From Candidatus Nanoarchaeia archaeon (lineage in GTDB: Archaea > Nanobdellota > Nanobdellia > Woesearchaeales > DATDTY01), in NCBI GenBank assembly GCA_035290625.1, contig DATDTY010000028.1:1-34494 (forward strand): a DNA stretch of 34,494 nucleotides, written 5' to 3'. Position 1 is the first letter of the stretch. Every line of letters begins with the position of its first letter. Under the pieces are notes generated by a model. The model was not told the origin of the DNA. It made no database searches and saw nothing but the letters and a program-made list of their open reading frames with translations. Both the position numbers and the translations under genes were made by a program. Shown in pieces: positions 1 through 8,889 of the stretch.

Positions 1-1
1 T

Positions 2-472
2 TTAAGCGATGAGGAAGCATTGCGCATTTCCGGGCTGAGAGAAGAGGACTTTGAAAAGATCGGTCCATTCGCATTATCTGTGGATAATCTTATCACCCAA
101 CGCGCAGAGGAAGTTGGACTTGGCCCCCATTGGGATGGAAAGATTGAGTTGGTATGGTTCAATTGCCTGGTGCTTGCTGATGTTGCAGGAACATTGGATG
201 AGGACCGCTTCGGCCAGGATCTTAGCAAGGAATTCTTACGCCAATGGTACGACCAAAACCAGCCAGAATTCCACAAAGCTTGTGATGAATGGAAGAAAAT
301 AGGAGATGGCTGGCAGGGGCGCTGCCCTGTTAAACCAGTTCAGCTTCCTGAAGATATTGTAAAGTTAGTCAGCGATATGTACATGGCTGCTGCAAACGCA
401 TGGGTTGGGAGGGGGATATTCGAAGCTCCTGATTTAAGCGATGTAATACTCGCTATGCAGAATAGTGTTTAG
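2..472 (+). CDS. purC: SAICAR synthetase, C-terminal part (5' end outside window)
   Basis: Frame is open from nt 2. DGKIEL...LADVAGTLDEDRF and QDLSKEFLRQWY match PurC motifs. Directly upstream of purB. Confidence 0.85.
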   Translation, partial: LSDEEALRISGLREEDFEKIGPFALSVDNLITQRAEEVGLGPHWDGKIELVWFNCLVLADVAGTLDEDRFGQDLSKEFLRQWYDQNQPEFHKACDEWKKIGDGWQGRCPVKPVQLPEDIVKLVSDMYMAAANAWVGRGIFEAPDLSDVILAMQNSV

Positions 473-523
473 GAAACGAGCAGGTTGCGGCAGAGCTGCA
501 AAAATGGTTGAGAGAGGATAGAG

Positions 524-2002
524 ATGGAAGACGACCTTATCAAAAAAATTTTGGAAAATCTTGGAGCGCGGGGCATCCCTAAAAAATTCGACGTCCCTGA
601 GGTTGATTCTCAAGAATTGGCAGCAGGGAGGTATGGGACAGAGGAGATGTGCGGAGTTTTTAATTCAACTTCGACTGTTCAGGGGATACTTGATCAAGTT
701 GCTCTTTCTACAAAAGTAGTAAGCAAGAATTATCCAGAGATAACCCCTGAAGAGAATGCTCAAAGAATTGCAGAGAAAGCGACCATTGGGTTTGTTAGTC
801 CTGAAGCTGCGCATCAAGAGGAAGCAACGACGCATCATGATGTTATTGCAGTTACAAATATCCTGAGTAAACAGCTTTTGCCTGAAGATAAGCCTCATGT
901 AGGCAGGTTTAAGACCAGCGCCGATAGCACAGAAACCGCGAAGGGATCAAGTTTGAAGACAAGTTTGGATGTGTACATACCACGGCTCGAGGATCTCAGA
1001 GACATTTTGATTGAAAAGGCAGTTGAAGGGAGGGATATCATTACAATGGCGCAGAGCCATGAGCTTGATGCTGTTGCTGAGTCCTTTGGAAAGGTATTCG
1101 TACATTTTGCTGAGAGGATTCAGTTTAGGGTAGATACTTTGGCTTATCATTATAAAAATTCTTTATTTGGAAAGTGGTCTGATGCAACAGGCAGCTATCA
1201 CAACACCGTTGCCACAGGAGTTGATGGGAGGAAACTGGAATCAGACCTTATGGAGAGGTTAGGCCTTCGCAGTATGATTGCCGCAAGCCAAACCCCTCCT
1301 CGCGAAGCTTTGTGTGATATTGGCTCAGCTGTTGCTATATCAATGGCAACACTAGCTTCAATCGCAAGAGAGATTAAAAAACAAAAAAGCGACGATGTTG
1401 ATACGTTATGGGAAGTTGTTGATGAAGGAACAAAGGGCTCCAGCGCTATGCCCCACAAAGACATAAAGGGAGGGAATCCATCAATGGAAGAAAGAATCCG
1501 ATCGTTGAGTCATATGGCTTCTGGGTACACAGCAACTCTGTATGCGACAGCAGATATGGCTTATGCCAGGGACTTAGAGGGATCTGCTTCAGATAGGATT
1601 GTACTTGGCGATCTGTTTAAAATAGCTGATTATGCAGCTAAGCTCACAGCTAACATTTTGCTTCGATTAACACCTCATGAAGAAAGGATTCGTGAACGAA
1701 TAGAGAGAACGCAGGGGGTTACAACTGCTTCAAGAGTCGTTGCATATCTCACTGACCCCCGGCTTACAGAGAACCCTCTGAGCAGGAGAGAGGCGCATGA
1801 TCTTATTGGCAAGCTTGCAAAAAAGGCATATACTGACAAGGTACCATTTTACAATATTCTTCTCGCATCTGAAGATGCCCTCTCTCGACTTGGTCAAGAA
1901 ACCATAAAAGAGATTTCAAATCCCCTGGCATATATTGGAGAATCAAAACAGCAGGTTTTGGATGTTGCTAAGGCGTATTACGGTAAGAGGACATTAGGAT
2001 AA
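524..2002 (+). CDS. purB: Adenylosuccinate lyase
   Basis: Fumarate-lyase signature GSSAMPHK...NP, plus HHDVIA and ARDLEGSASDR; follows purC. Confidence 0.9.
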   Translation: MEDDLIKKILENLGARGIPKKFDVPEVDSQELAAGRYGTEEMCGVFNSTSTVQGILDQVALSTKVVSKNYPEITPEENAQRIAEKATIGFVSPEAAHQEEATTHHDVIAVTNILSKQLLPEDKPHVGRFKTSADSTETAKGSSLKTSLDVYIPRLEDLRDILIEKAVEGRDIITMAQSHELDAVAESFGKVFVHFAERIQFRVDTLAYHYKNSLFGKWSDATGSYHNTVATGVDGRKLESDLMERLGLRSMIAASQTPPREALCDIGSAVAISMATLASIAREIKKQKSDDVDTLWEVVDEGTKGSSAMPHKDIKGGNPSMEERIRSLSHMASGYTATLYATADMAYARDLEGSASDRIVLGDLFKIADYAAKLTANILLRLTPHEERIRERIERTQGVTTASRVVAYLTDPRLTENPLSRREAHDLIGKLAKKAYTDKVPFYNILLASEDALSRLGQETIKEISNPLAYIGESKQQVLDVAKAYYGKRTLG

Positions 2003-2007
2003 AATAG

Positions 2008-3546
2008 TTATTGAAGATTCACCCCCTCAAACCTCCTCTCAACCTTTTCCTTTCTCCCCTCTTCCAGTGTTTTCCTGACAACATCATCAAAGAAAGGGAT
2101 CTTTATCGGATATGCAAATGCTGCAAAGTTAGAGGAGACAATCGCCTCTCCTTTATCCAGGGAAGCTATGTTCCTGTCATCATCTGAAAGGTCCTGTGAT
2201 GCAGAATCAATGATAGCCTGCCTCTCAGGCTTCATCTCGGTGCCAAGGATAATCTTCGTGTTCATGTTTGCAAGGATGTCTCTCGGAATCAAAGAGGGAA
2301 GTTGTGTAATTGCTGTCAAGCCAACCTTGAATTTCCTTCCTTCCCTTGCAATCGTTGAGAATATGTTGTGGCCCTTTTCCAGGATCTCCTTTCCTAAAAC
2401 CCTTGGAGCCTCCTCCAGGACAACTGATACAACAGGTTTTTCATTTAATAGCCCATTCATTTTGTGCCATCTGTAAGCATTGAAGATCTCGGTCGCAGCA
2501 AGTGATCCAACCAGGAGCTCAACCTGGCCGGAAAAGCTGGAGGTGTCAATAATCACAGTCTTTCCTCTCTCGCATTCCCTGGCAATGTCAGCTATCGTTG
2601 TCTCTCCTGAAGATAATGAAAAGACCCCTTTGGTGAAGACTTGGTTATTTGCTATCTGGATGTCCAAGATCCAGAGAAGGGTTCTTCTGATGACTGCAAG
2701 GGTATCGTCCCGAAACTGGGCTTTTTCCAGTGGCTTCTCAAGGATGATGGACTCGATCCAAGCATCGCCATACTGTTTATGATAGAGGTTTAAAGCCTGG
2801 CGTTGGGGATCTGAGAAGTCAACAACTCCGTTGAAATGATGAGGCCTCAGAGTTTTCAGATTGACAATCAAAGACCTGCATCCCGGAGGGGGGTTCTTTG
2901 CGGTGTAGTAGACGACCCTCTCTTTTTGAGGATGATCCTTTAAGCCGAGCTTGTTTCTTCCATAGTATTCATCATGAGGGTCCAAGACAAGAAAGCCGCA
3001 GTATTCCTTGTCAACAGTGTTCCAGAGCATATTGGAGACAAAAACACTCTTTCCTCTTCCGGTCGTTCCGGGGATTAGGATATGGTGGGAAAACACCTGA
3101 TCTCCCGGAAGGAAGATATCTGCATCAATAATTTTTGATCCTGAGCGGAGCTTTCCGATGAATAATGGGTTTTGGGGTGTGTTGAGGAATGCGAGATCCT
3201 CTTTTTTTATGTCCCTTATGATGGAGAACATCGAAGGGATATTTTTTGACAATTGGGCTTTGCTTCCCTTCAAAGTTATGAGATTCTTCATCCTTGCAAT
3301 AGTGTAGTTTCTCAGCTCAGGCTCCATTAAATTGATGTCAATGTCCTGCTCAAGGTTCATGCCTGAGATCAGCTCCCTGTTTGCTTGGGAAATCTGAGAG
3401 CCATAGACAAGGTCAAAAGCCTGCATCAGAATCTTTGTTTCAGCAGATTCGGCAATCAAAAGCTCTCCAAGCTCAATCTCCTCTGTTGACTTCTTCCTCA
3501 CCAGAATGTTGCCGAACTCCCCTGCAATCACAAGCCCTTTGGTCAT
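2008..3546 (-). CDS. herA: HerA-family DNA helicase/ATPase
   Basis: N-terminal HAS-barrel-like region, Walker [16 protein letters not shown], Walker [14 protein letters not shown] arginine finger, ITQLPS. TATA-like TTTAAATA (minus strand, 3569-3576) upstream. Confidence 0.88.
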   Translation of the reverse strand: MTKGLVIAGEFGNILVRKKSTEEIELGELLIAESAETKILMQAFDLVYGSQISQANRELISGMNLEQDIDINLMEPELRNYTIARMKNLITLKGSKAQLSKNIPSMFSIIRDIKKEDLAFLNTPQNPLFIGKLRSGSKIIDADIFLPGDQVFSHHILIPGTTGRGKSVFVSNMLWNTVDKEYCGFLVLDPHDEYYGRNKLGLKDHPQKERVVYYTAKNPPPGCRSLIVNLKTLRPHHFNGVVDFSDPQRQALNLYHKQYGDAWIESIILEKPLEKAQFRDDTLAVIRRTLLWILDIQIANNQVFTKGVFSLSSGETTIADIARECERGKTVIIDTSSFSGQVELLVGSLAATEIFNAYRWHKMNGLLNEKPVVSVVLEEAPRVLGKEILEKGHNIFSTIAREGRKFKVGLTAITQLPSLIPRDILANMNTKIILGTEMKPERQAIIDSASQDLSDDDRNIASLDKGEAIVSSNFAAFAYPIKIPFFDDVVRKTLEEGRKEKVERRFEGVNLQ

Positions 3547-3718
3547 GAAAGGGGAGGTTGTTTGGAGTTATTTAAAGGTTGTTATGACATAATTTTAACA
3601 ACCGCGTCGTCGGTGAACGCCGAGGTTTCCCGATAAGTTTAGAAGAATTCCTTTCCAAAATCAGATTCGTAGGTGCTCACAGACTTTTGATGTTCATGCG
3701 CGTAGATTTTAGTAATAA

Positions 3719-3878
3719 CGAAAACCGCACTAATCCCCGACCTAAAGGTTGGGGTTTTTGATCGTGCGGTTTTCGGGACAGGAAAATTGAAAAGCAATTT
3801 TCCGTCCCAAAAATCCTCGGATTTTTGTGGATTGAAAATTCGGGCTAAAGCCCGCGTCTTAAACCCCGAATTTTCAAT
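3719..3878. repeat. Cluster of four adjacent inverted repeats (possible IS200/IS605-type miniature palindromic element)
   Basis: CGAAAACCGCAC(3719-30)/GTGCGGTTTTCG(3764-75) encloses CCCCGACC-TAAA-GGTTGGGG. GGGACAGGAAAATTG/CAATTTTCCGTCCC(3775-3808). CAAAAATCC/GGATTTTTG(3808-27). ATTGAAAATTCGGG(3831-44)/CCCGAATTTTCAAT(3865-78) with alternative CGGGC-TAAA-GCCCG. Confidence 0.85.
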
Positions 3879-3887
3879 AAATGTTTT

Positions 3888-4217
3888 CTAGCCAGGCGCC
3901 TTTTTAGGGATATGCTCCAGTAATTTATCTAGTCTTAATCTCCGGTACAAACTGGGATTTTTAGTCACTAATTGGCCTCTTGTTAGGCCAGGATAATGTT
4001 TTTGGTAATATGCAATAGGATCATCCCCAAATCTGCTGTTTGCAAGCGGAACATTGTCTAGTAACCCACGTATCCTCAAGGTTTCATATAAACTCTGATC
4101 GCGCAGCCGTACTTGGCCTCTTGTCAAGCCTTTGTAATGATCCATATAGAATTGGACTGGATCAATTGTTGCGGCAATGTGTTTGTTCCACTTTATTGTT
4201 TCTTCAAGGGATGCCAT
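3888..4217 (-). CDS. Small hypothetical protein with two tandem ~45-aa repeats
   Basis: DPVQFYMDHYKGLTRGQV...SLYETLR..GLLDNVP and DPIAYYQKHYPGLTRGQL...SLYRRLR..KLLEHIP. Start moved to MASLEE (4217) because TTTATAAATA lies about 21 nt upstream. Confidence 0.75.
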   Translation of the reverse strand: MASLEETIKWNKHIAATIDPVQFYMDHYKGLTRGQVRLRDQSLYETLRIRGLLDNVPLANSRFGDDPIAYYQKHYPGLTRGQLVTKNPSLYRRLRLDKLLEHIPKKAPG

Positions 4218-4358
4218 AGAAAGATGGAATTGAGATGTATTTATAAATAAAATGGTCAAAAAATTAAAACTGCCCATAAGCTGCGTTAAGATGGCCATGC
4301 CGAGCTTTGCCTGCCTTTGAAGCACTTCGTATTCTCGCATCCGGTCCGTTTTTTTGAC

Positions 4359-4392
4359 CGAAAGGTATTTAAATATAAGAATATTCTAATAT
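4359..4392 (+). promoter_or_regulatory. BRE/TATA promoter with overlapping ArsR-type operator
   Basis: CGAAAGG then TTTAAATA (4368-75), 23 nt before the ATG at 4399. Inverted repeat ATATAAGAAT|ATTCTAATAT (4373-4392, 1 mismatch). Confidence 0.75.
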
Positions 4393-4398
4393 GTTGTT

Positions 4399-4713
4399 AT
4401 GAGGGAATTGTATAGCATTCATGCTGAGATGTGCAAGGTTTTTTCAAATTCAACGAGATTGGAGATCCTGAACCTATTGAGAGATAAAGAACGTTCAGTC
4501 ACTGAGCTGATAGAAAAGACAAAGTTAAGCCAGGCAAATATTTCTCAGCATTTGTCTATTATGAAGTCTAAAGGCATTGTGGCATCAAGCAGGAAAGGCA
4601 AGAACATCTATTACAAACTTACAAATCCGAAAATCATTAAGGCATTTGATATCATAAGAGAAGTTTTGACTGAAAGGTTAAGGCAGAATGGAAAAATTGT
4701 TAGAGGTTTATAG
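4399..4713 (+). CDS. ArsR/SmtB-family transcriptional repressor
   Basis: CKVFSNSTRLEILNLL...SVTELIEKTKLSQANISQHLSIMKSKGIV...RKGKNIYY winged HTH. Confidence 0.93.
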   Translation: MRELYSIHAEMCKVFSNSTRLEILNLLRDKERSVTELIEKTKLSQANISQHLSIMKSKGIVASSRKGKNIYYKLTNPKIIKAFDIIREVLTERLRQNGKIVRGL

Positions 4714-4714
4714 G

Positions 4715-5215
4715 ATGAAAAAAATCAATGTAACGAAATTAGATAAGGTAACCAAGATATTGCTGATTTTATTAGTTGGCGTTGTTTTCTATTTTGCTGC
4801 ATTCTTTATAGTAACGCCATTTTTCGCTACAGGGCCTGCCCCAGCGATGGGCATGATGGGCCAAATGATGGGCTCTGGCATAATGAATTTCTCTAGTAGC
4901 AGCTCTGCTAGTATGAATTTAATTTCATTGATTGCTGCAATTGTTGCTGCGCTTGTTGTTTCTTTTTATTTATTTAAGCATGACGCTAAAGAGCAGGAGT
5001 ATAGTATCATAAAAAGGGCTTTATCTGAAGATGAAAACGCGATCTTAGACGTTATAAAAAAAGCAGGTGAAATAACCCAGGACTCGTTAAGGTTTAGATT
5101 AAATTGGAGCAAAGCAAAAGTTTCAACAATACTGACTAATCTGGACAAAATAGGGTTAATCCAAAGAGAACGGATAGGAAAAACGTACAAGGTATATTTA
5201 CAGAAGCAAGAATAA
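4715..5215 (+). CDS. Membrane-anchored winged-HTH regulator with Met-rich loop (COG2512-like)
   Basis: Two hydrophobic helices flank MGMMGQMMGSGIM. C-terminal LSEDENAILDVI..GEITQDSLRFRLNWSKAKVSTILTNLDKIGLIQRERIGKTYKV wHTH. Start taken at the ATG just after the arsR stop. Confidence 0.8.
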   Translation: MKKINVTKLDKVTKILLILLVGVVFYFAAFFIVTPFFATGPAPAMGMMGQMMGSGIMNFSSSSSASMNLISLIAAIVAALVVSFYLFKHDAKEQEYSIIKRALSEDENAILDVIKKAGEITQDSLRFRLNWSKAKVSTILTNLDKIGLIQRERIGKTYKVYLQKQE

Positions 5216-5216
5216 T

Positions 5217-5259
5217 GGTTTAAAACGGTTTAAGCGGCAAAGTAATTATAATTGCTTTG
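5217..5259 (+). promoter_or_regulatory. Internal promoter/operator: tandem direct repeat plus palindrome
   Basis: GGTTTAA at 5217 and 5227 (10-bp period). CAAAGTAATTA|TAATTGCTTTG (5238-5259, 1 mismatch) contains TATA-like AATTATAA. SD-like GGTGA precedes the ATG at 5284. Confidence 0.55.
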
Positions 5260-5283
5260 GTATCTAATTTATGGTGATACAAC

Positions 5284-5919
5284 ATGAAAACAGTAATATT
5301 AGCTTTGGGAATGCTGCTGCTGAGCATAGTCTTAGTATCAGCTGATGGAGATCATCAAAGTGAATTTGAAGAAGGGAAAAAACTTGTTGATAGTGGAATG
5401 AGTTGTGATAACTTAACAGATGAACAGCTTGAAGCTATTGGAGAGTATTACATGGAACAAATGCATCCTGGCGAAGCCCATGAGCTGATGGATGAGATGA
5501 TGGGTGGAGAAGGTTCTGAAAATTTAAAGCAGGTGCATATTCAAATGGCTAAAAGGCTTTATTGCAATGAAAATGCCGGCGGAATGATGGGCTCAGGGGG
5601 CATGATGGGAATGATGAATATGATGGGTGGCGGAATGATGGGCCAGGGAACGACGGGTTGGCAGAATCCGCAAACAAACATGATGCAGGGAATGATGGGT
5701 AATTGGGGGTATGGTCTTGGTTATTGGAATTTTTGGGGTATAATCGGGTTATTGGTTTGGATGGGAATAATGGTTTTGATAATCTGGTTTATCTATACAT
5801 TCATAATAAAAAGAGAAGCAGTCCCTGAAATTCCTATTAATGTCTTAAAGAAAAGGTATGCTAAAGGAGAGATAAACAAAAAACAATTTGAGGAAATGAA
5901 AAAGGAGCTAAAGGAGTGA
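5284..5919 (+). CDS. Exported Met/His-rich membrane protein with C-terminal SHOCT domain
   Basis: Signal peptide, MEQMHPGEAHELMDEMMGG, long Met/Gly tract, one TM helix, then LKKRYAKGEINKKQFEEMKKEL (SHOCT). Confidence 0.8.
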   Translation: MKTVILALGMLLLSIVLVSADGDHQSEFEEGKKLVDSGMSCDNLTDEQLEAIGEYYMEQMHPGEAHELMDEMMGGEGSENLKQVHIQMAKRLYCNENAGGMMGSGGMMGMMNMMGGGMMGQGTTGWQNPQTNMMQGMMGNWGYGLGYWNFWGIIGLLVWMGIMVLIIWFIYTFIIKREAVPEIPINVLKKRYAKGEINKKQFEEMKKELKE

Positions 5920-5924
5920 TAATC

Positions 5925-6221
5925 ATGGAAAAAGATAAAAACACATTGGTATGGATTTTCATTGCTGTGATTGTTATACTGTTCCTCATAGGAAGTCTTG
6001 GAATGGGCGGGTATGGGATGATGGGCTTTGGCATGGGTTTCGGATTCATCTTTATGCTGATTTTCTGGGGAGTGTTAATATGGCTGGTTGTTGCGCTTAT
6101 CAATGCTGGTCAGGCAGGCAGGAAAGAGGAAGATCCATCAGTCATACTTAAAAAAAGGTATGCTTCTGGGGAAATATCAAAAAAGCAGTATGGGGAAATG
6201 AAAAAAGAACTGTTGCCATGA
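5925..6221 (+). CDS. Small two-TM Met/Gly-loop protein with SHOCT domain
   Basis: Two TM helices around GMGGYGMMGFGMG; LKKRYASGEISKKQYGEMKKEL. SD GGAGTGA before the ATG at 5925. Confidence 0.8.
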   Translation: MEKDKNTLVWIFIAVIVILFLIGSLGMGGYGMMGFGMGFGFIFMLIFWGVLIWLVVALINAGQAGRKEEDPSVILKKRYASGEISKKQYGEMKKELLP

Positions 6222-6850
6222 ATAGAACTAGTAAAAGCAGAGAGAAGTATAATCGTCTGGCAAGATTCTATGATTCATATAATAAACTTGCTGAAAGATT
6301 ATGGTTCAGTAAATGGAGGGAAAAGTTTTTCGCTCCGCTAAAAGGAAAGATCCTTGAGGTAGGGATAGGAACAGGAGAAAATATTGGCTATTATGATAAG
6401 AACGCAGAAGTTATAGGAATTGATTTTTCAGAAAAGATGTTAGAGAAGGCCAGAGAAAAGTTAATTAAATCTGGCAAGAAAAACATCACTCTAAAGCAAA
6501 TGGATGCTGAGAATCTTAATTTTAAAGACGATTCGTTTGACTATGTTGTAACAAGCTGTGTTTTTTGCTCGGTTCCTGACCCCATACGAGGCTTAGAGGA
6601 AATAAGGAGAATTCTAAAACCAACAGGCAGACTGATCATGATTGAACATGTGTTAAGCAAAAACCCTGTACTAGCATTGATTGAACACATCCATAATCCC
6701 CTAACAAGGGTTATTATGGGCGTAAACATTAATAGGAACACGAAACAAAATATAATTAATGCTGATATGAAAATCGTAAAAGACCAAAATCTTGCGTTAC
6801 TCGACGTATTTAGGTTATTTATAGCAAGAAAATCATCTAAAGAGGCGTAA
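6218..6850 (+). CDS. Class I SAM-dependent methyltransferase
   Basis: ILEVGIGTG motif I, GIDFSEKML, MDAENL.FKDDSFD, VFCSVPDP, ILKPTG. Confidence 0.9.
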   Translation: MNRTSKSREKYNRLARFYDSYNKLAERLWFSKWREKFFAPLKGKILEVGIGTGENIGYYDKNAEVIGIDFSEKMLEKAREKLIKSGKKNITLKQMDAENLNFKDDSFDYVVTSCVFCSVPDPIRGLEEIRRILKPTGRLIMIEHVLSKNPVLALIEHIHNPLTRVIMGVNINRNTKQNIINADMKIVKDQNLALLDVFRLFIARKSSKEA

Positions 6851-6853
6851 AAT

Positions 6854-7243
6854 ATGAATCCAGAGGATTTTGCATATATTGTTGAAACAGAAAAGAGCTT
6901 TGATGAATCAACTGTTTCAGTTTTGAAAGCAGTTGAGCAGAAAGGTTGGGCTTTGTTTCAGATTTATGATGTAAAAGAGAGGTTAGCGGCAAAGGGGTTT
7001 AAACAAAAGCCATTGAAAATAATTGAGATATGCTCAGGCAAATATGCAAATCAGTTCCTGAATAAGAATAGGTTAATCTCTCTTTGTATGCCTTGCAAAA
7101 TCAATGTGATAGAAGAGAATGGAAAGGTAAAGATTATTGGAATGAAACCGACTATGATATCACAATTTTTCCCAGAAGTTAGCAAAAGAGAAGCTGAGGA
7201 GGTAGAAAGAGAGATTATTGAAATGGTGGATAATGCAAGGTAA
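6854..7243 (+). CDS. DUF302-family protein
   Basis: KSFDE...KGW...YDVKERL..KG....KIIEICSGKYA...LCMPCKINV.E pattern typical of DUF302. Confidence 0.8.
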   Translation: MNPEDFAYIVETEKSFDESTVSVLKAVEQKGWALFQIYDVKERLAAKGFKQKPLKIIEICSGKYANQFLNKNRLISLCMPCKINVIEENGKVKIIGMKPTMISQFFPEVSKREAEEVEREIIEMVDNAR

Positions 7244-7246
7244 AGT

Positions 7247-7573
7247 ATGAAAATAGGGGTAATTTTAAACACAAACGATGCAGAAACCTGCTGGAACTGC
7301 TTCAGATTTTGCAACGAAGCGCTCAAGAATAGCCATGCTGTAAAGATATTTTTGCTTGGTAAAGGCGTTGAAGTTGAGAATGTGAAAGATGACAGATTTC
7401 CTCTTCTTGAAGGTTCAATTAAAAAATTTGTGAAAAACAAAGGCAGCATTCTTGCATGCGGAACGTGCTTGCAGATACGGCAGAAAGAAGAAAGCAGGAT
7501 TTGCCCTGTTTCTACAATGGAAGAAATGTTACAAATAGTTGAAGAGTCTGCTAAGGTTTTGACGTTTGGCTAA
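7247..7573 (+). CDS. DsrE/DsrF-like sulfur-relay protein
   Basis: VKIFLLGKGVE, ILACGTCLQIR, CPVSTMEEM...KVLTFG. Confidence 0.88.
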   Translation: MKIGVILNTNDAETCWNCFRFCNEALKNSHAVKIFLLGKGVEVENVKDDRFPLLEGSIKKFVKNKGSILACGTCLQIRQKEESRICPVSTMEEMLQIVEESAKVLTFG

Positions 7574-7651
7574 CCCTACCTTTTGGGAAGCAGGCTATAT
7601 GCGGCAAAGCCACAGCAACCTTGAAAAGAGGTTCACCGGAGCCCAAACAAC

Positions 7652-7681
7652 CGAAAGATTTATAAGTAAGAAAATTCTTAC
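7652..7681 (+). promoter_or_regulatory. TA operon promoter with palindromic operator
   Basis: CGAAAGA, then TTTATAAG (7659-66), immediately followed by perfect GTAAGAA-AA-TTCTTAC (7666-7681). Confidence 0.7.
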
Positions 7682-7701
7682 AACTGCAAGAGGCATTAAA
7701 A

Positions 7702-7959
7702 ATGATGAAAACGATACGAGTGTCAGAGAAGGGACAGATAGCGATTCCTCAGCCAATGAGAGAGACTTTGGGAATTGAAAAAGGAGACGAATTGGTGGTT
7801 ATACAAATAGAGAATAAGATATTGCTGGAAAAGGCACAGAAGATGGAGCAAAAACTAAAGGATGAGTTTAAGGATATTATCAAGTTTAGCGAGAGGTCTC
7901 TAAAAGAGGTTTGGGATAATAAAAGCGATGATATGTGGAGCCAATATCTAAAGAGGTAA
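7702..7959 (+). CDS. AbrB/MazE-type antitoxin
   Basis: VSEKGQIAIPQPMRETLGIEKGDELV swapped-hairpin motif, acidic C-terminal tail, adjacent to the toxin. Confidence 0.88.
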   Translation: MMKTIRVSEKGQIAIPQPMRETLGIEKGDELVVIQIENKILLEKAQKMEQKLKDEFKDIIKFSERSLKEVWDNKSDDMWSQYLKR

Positions 7960-7960
7960 C

Positions 7961-8296
7961 ATGCACATAAATCAAAAGGAGCTGGTTTTGCTCCCGTATC
8001 CGTTTTCAGATTTGGAAGGAACAAAGGTTAGGCCTGCAATTGTTGTATCAAATAATTCTTTCAATAAAAAATCTGCCGATTGTATCATGGTTCCCTTAAC
8101 AACAGTCATCAAAAACGAGCCTTGTTCTGTGATTATAGATCAGCAAAATATGGCTTCAGGCAGGCTTATGAAGCAGAGCAGAGTAAGGGCGGACAAGATT
8201 TTCGCTGTTGAAAAGAGATTAGTTAGTATGAAGATAGGAACGATCACCGACAAAACCTTTGAGAAAATCAAAGCAGAGATTTTTAGGATGTTTTGA
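7961..8296 (+). CDS. mazF: PemK/MazF-family endoribonuclease toxin
   Basis: ELVLLPYPFSDLEGTKVRPAIVVSN...MVPLTT...SRVRADKIFAV. Confidence 0.9.
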   Translation: MHINQKELVLLPYPFSDLEGTKVRPAIVVSNNSFNKKSADCIMVPLTTVIKNEPCSVIIDQQNMASGRLMKQSRVRADKIFAVEKRLVSMKIGTITDKTFEKIKAEIFRMF

Positions 8297-8352
8297 TGAG
8301 CTGCGTTCTGAAACCGATAAGATATAAATAGTATCTCAAATTGCCATTCTCT

Positions 8353-8889
8353 ATGCTCATCAACGTAGGAACCCAGAACCCTTCAAAGCTCCAGGGGGTG
8401 AAGGAAGCAATTGCTCTTGTCCCTCAGCTCAAGGATGCTGAGATCAAGGCAATAGAGGTTGATTCAGGAGTCCACCACCAGCCCAAAAGCTTTGAGGAGA
8501 TTGTAAAAGGCGCAAAGACAAGGGCAAAGAATGCGTACAAAGACTGCGACCTCAGCATTGGCTTGGAATCAGGCATTGCGCAGATTCCAGGAACGATTAC
8601 TGGATGGATGGACTTCTCCTGCTGTGCGATATTTGACGGGAAACGCTATTTTCTCGGCCTCTCCCAAGCATTTGAGTTTCCGCCTGCTGCCATTAAGAAA
8701 GTTACCACCGAGGATAAAAACATTTCCCAAGCTTTTCGCGAATTAGGGTACACTCAAAAGAGCAATCTGGGCAATGAAGAGGGCGCAATCGGTCTTTTGA
8801 CAAAAGGAAGGGTGATGAGAAAAGATCTGAACAAGGAAGCAGTGCTGAGCGCAATTATCCCATGGGAGAACAAAGAGCTCTACGGGTAA
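8353..8889 (+). CDS. yjjX: Inosine/xanthosine triphosphatase (YjjX family)
   Basis: VGTQNPSK, SGVHHQP, GAKTRAKNA, IGLESG, GAIGLLTKG...R. TATA (GATATAAATA 8321-30) supports the ATG at 8353. Confidence 0.9.
   Translation: MLINVGTQNPSKLQGVKEAIALVPQLKDAEIKAIEVDSGVHHQPKSFEEIVKGAKTRAKNAYKDCDLSIGLESGIAQIPGTITGWMDFSCCAIFDGKRYFLGLSQAFEFPPAAIKKVTTEDKNISQAFRELGYTQKSNLGNEEGAIGLLTKGRVMRKDLNKEAVLSAIIPWENKELYG

Noticed and set aside
473..523. Spacer reading EQVAAELQKWLRE as a relic alternative purC C-terminus
   Set aside because: Too short, with no nucleotide similarity to the present purC end.
5581..5700. ATGATGGG-type short repeats
   Set aside because: Explained by the Met/Gly low-complexity coding tract.
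7566..7778. 70-aa ORF between dsrE and the antitoxin
   Set aside because: Overlaps the TA promoter/operator and the antitoxin in another frame; no motifs.
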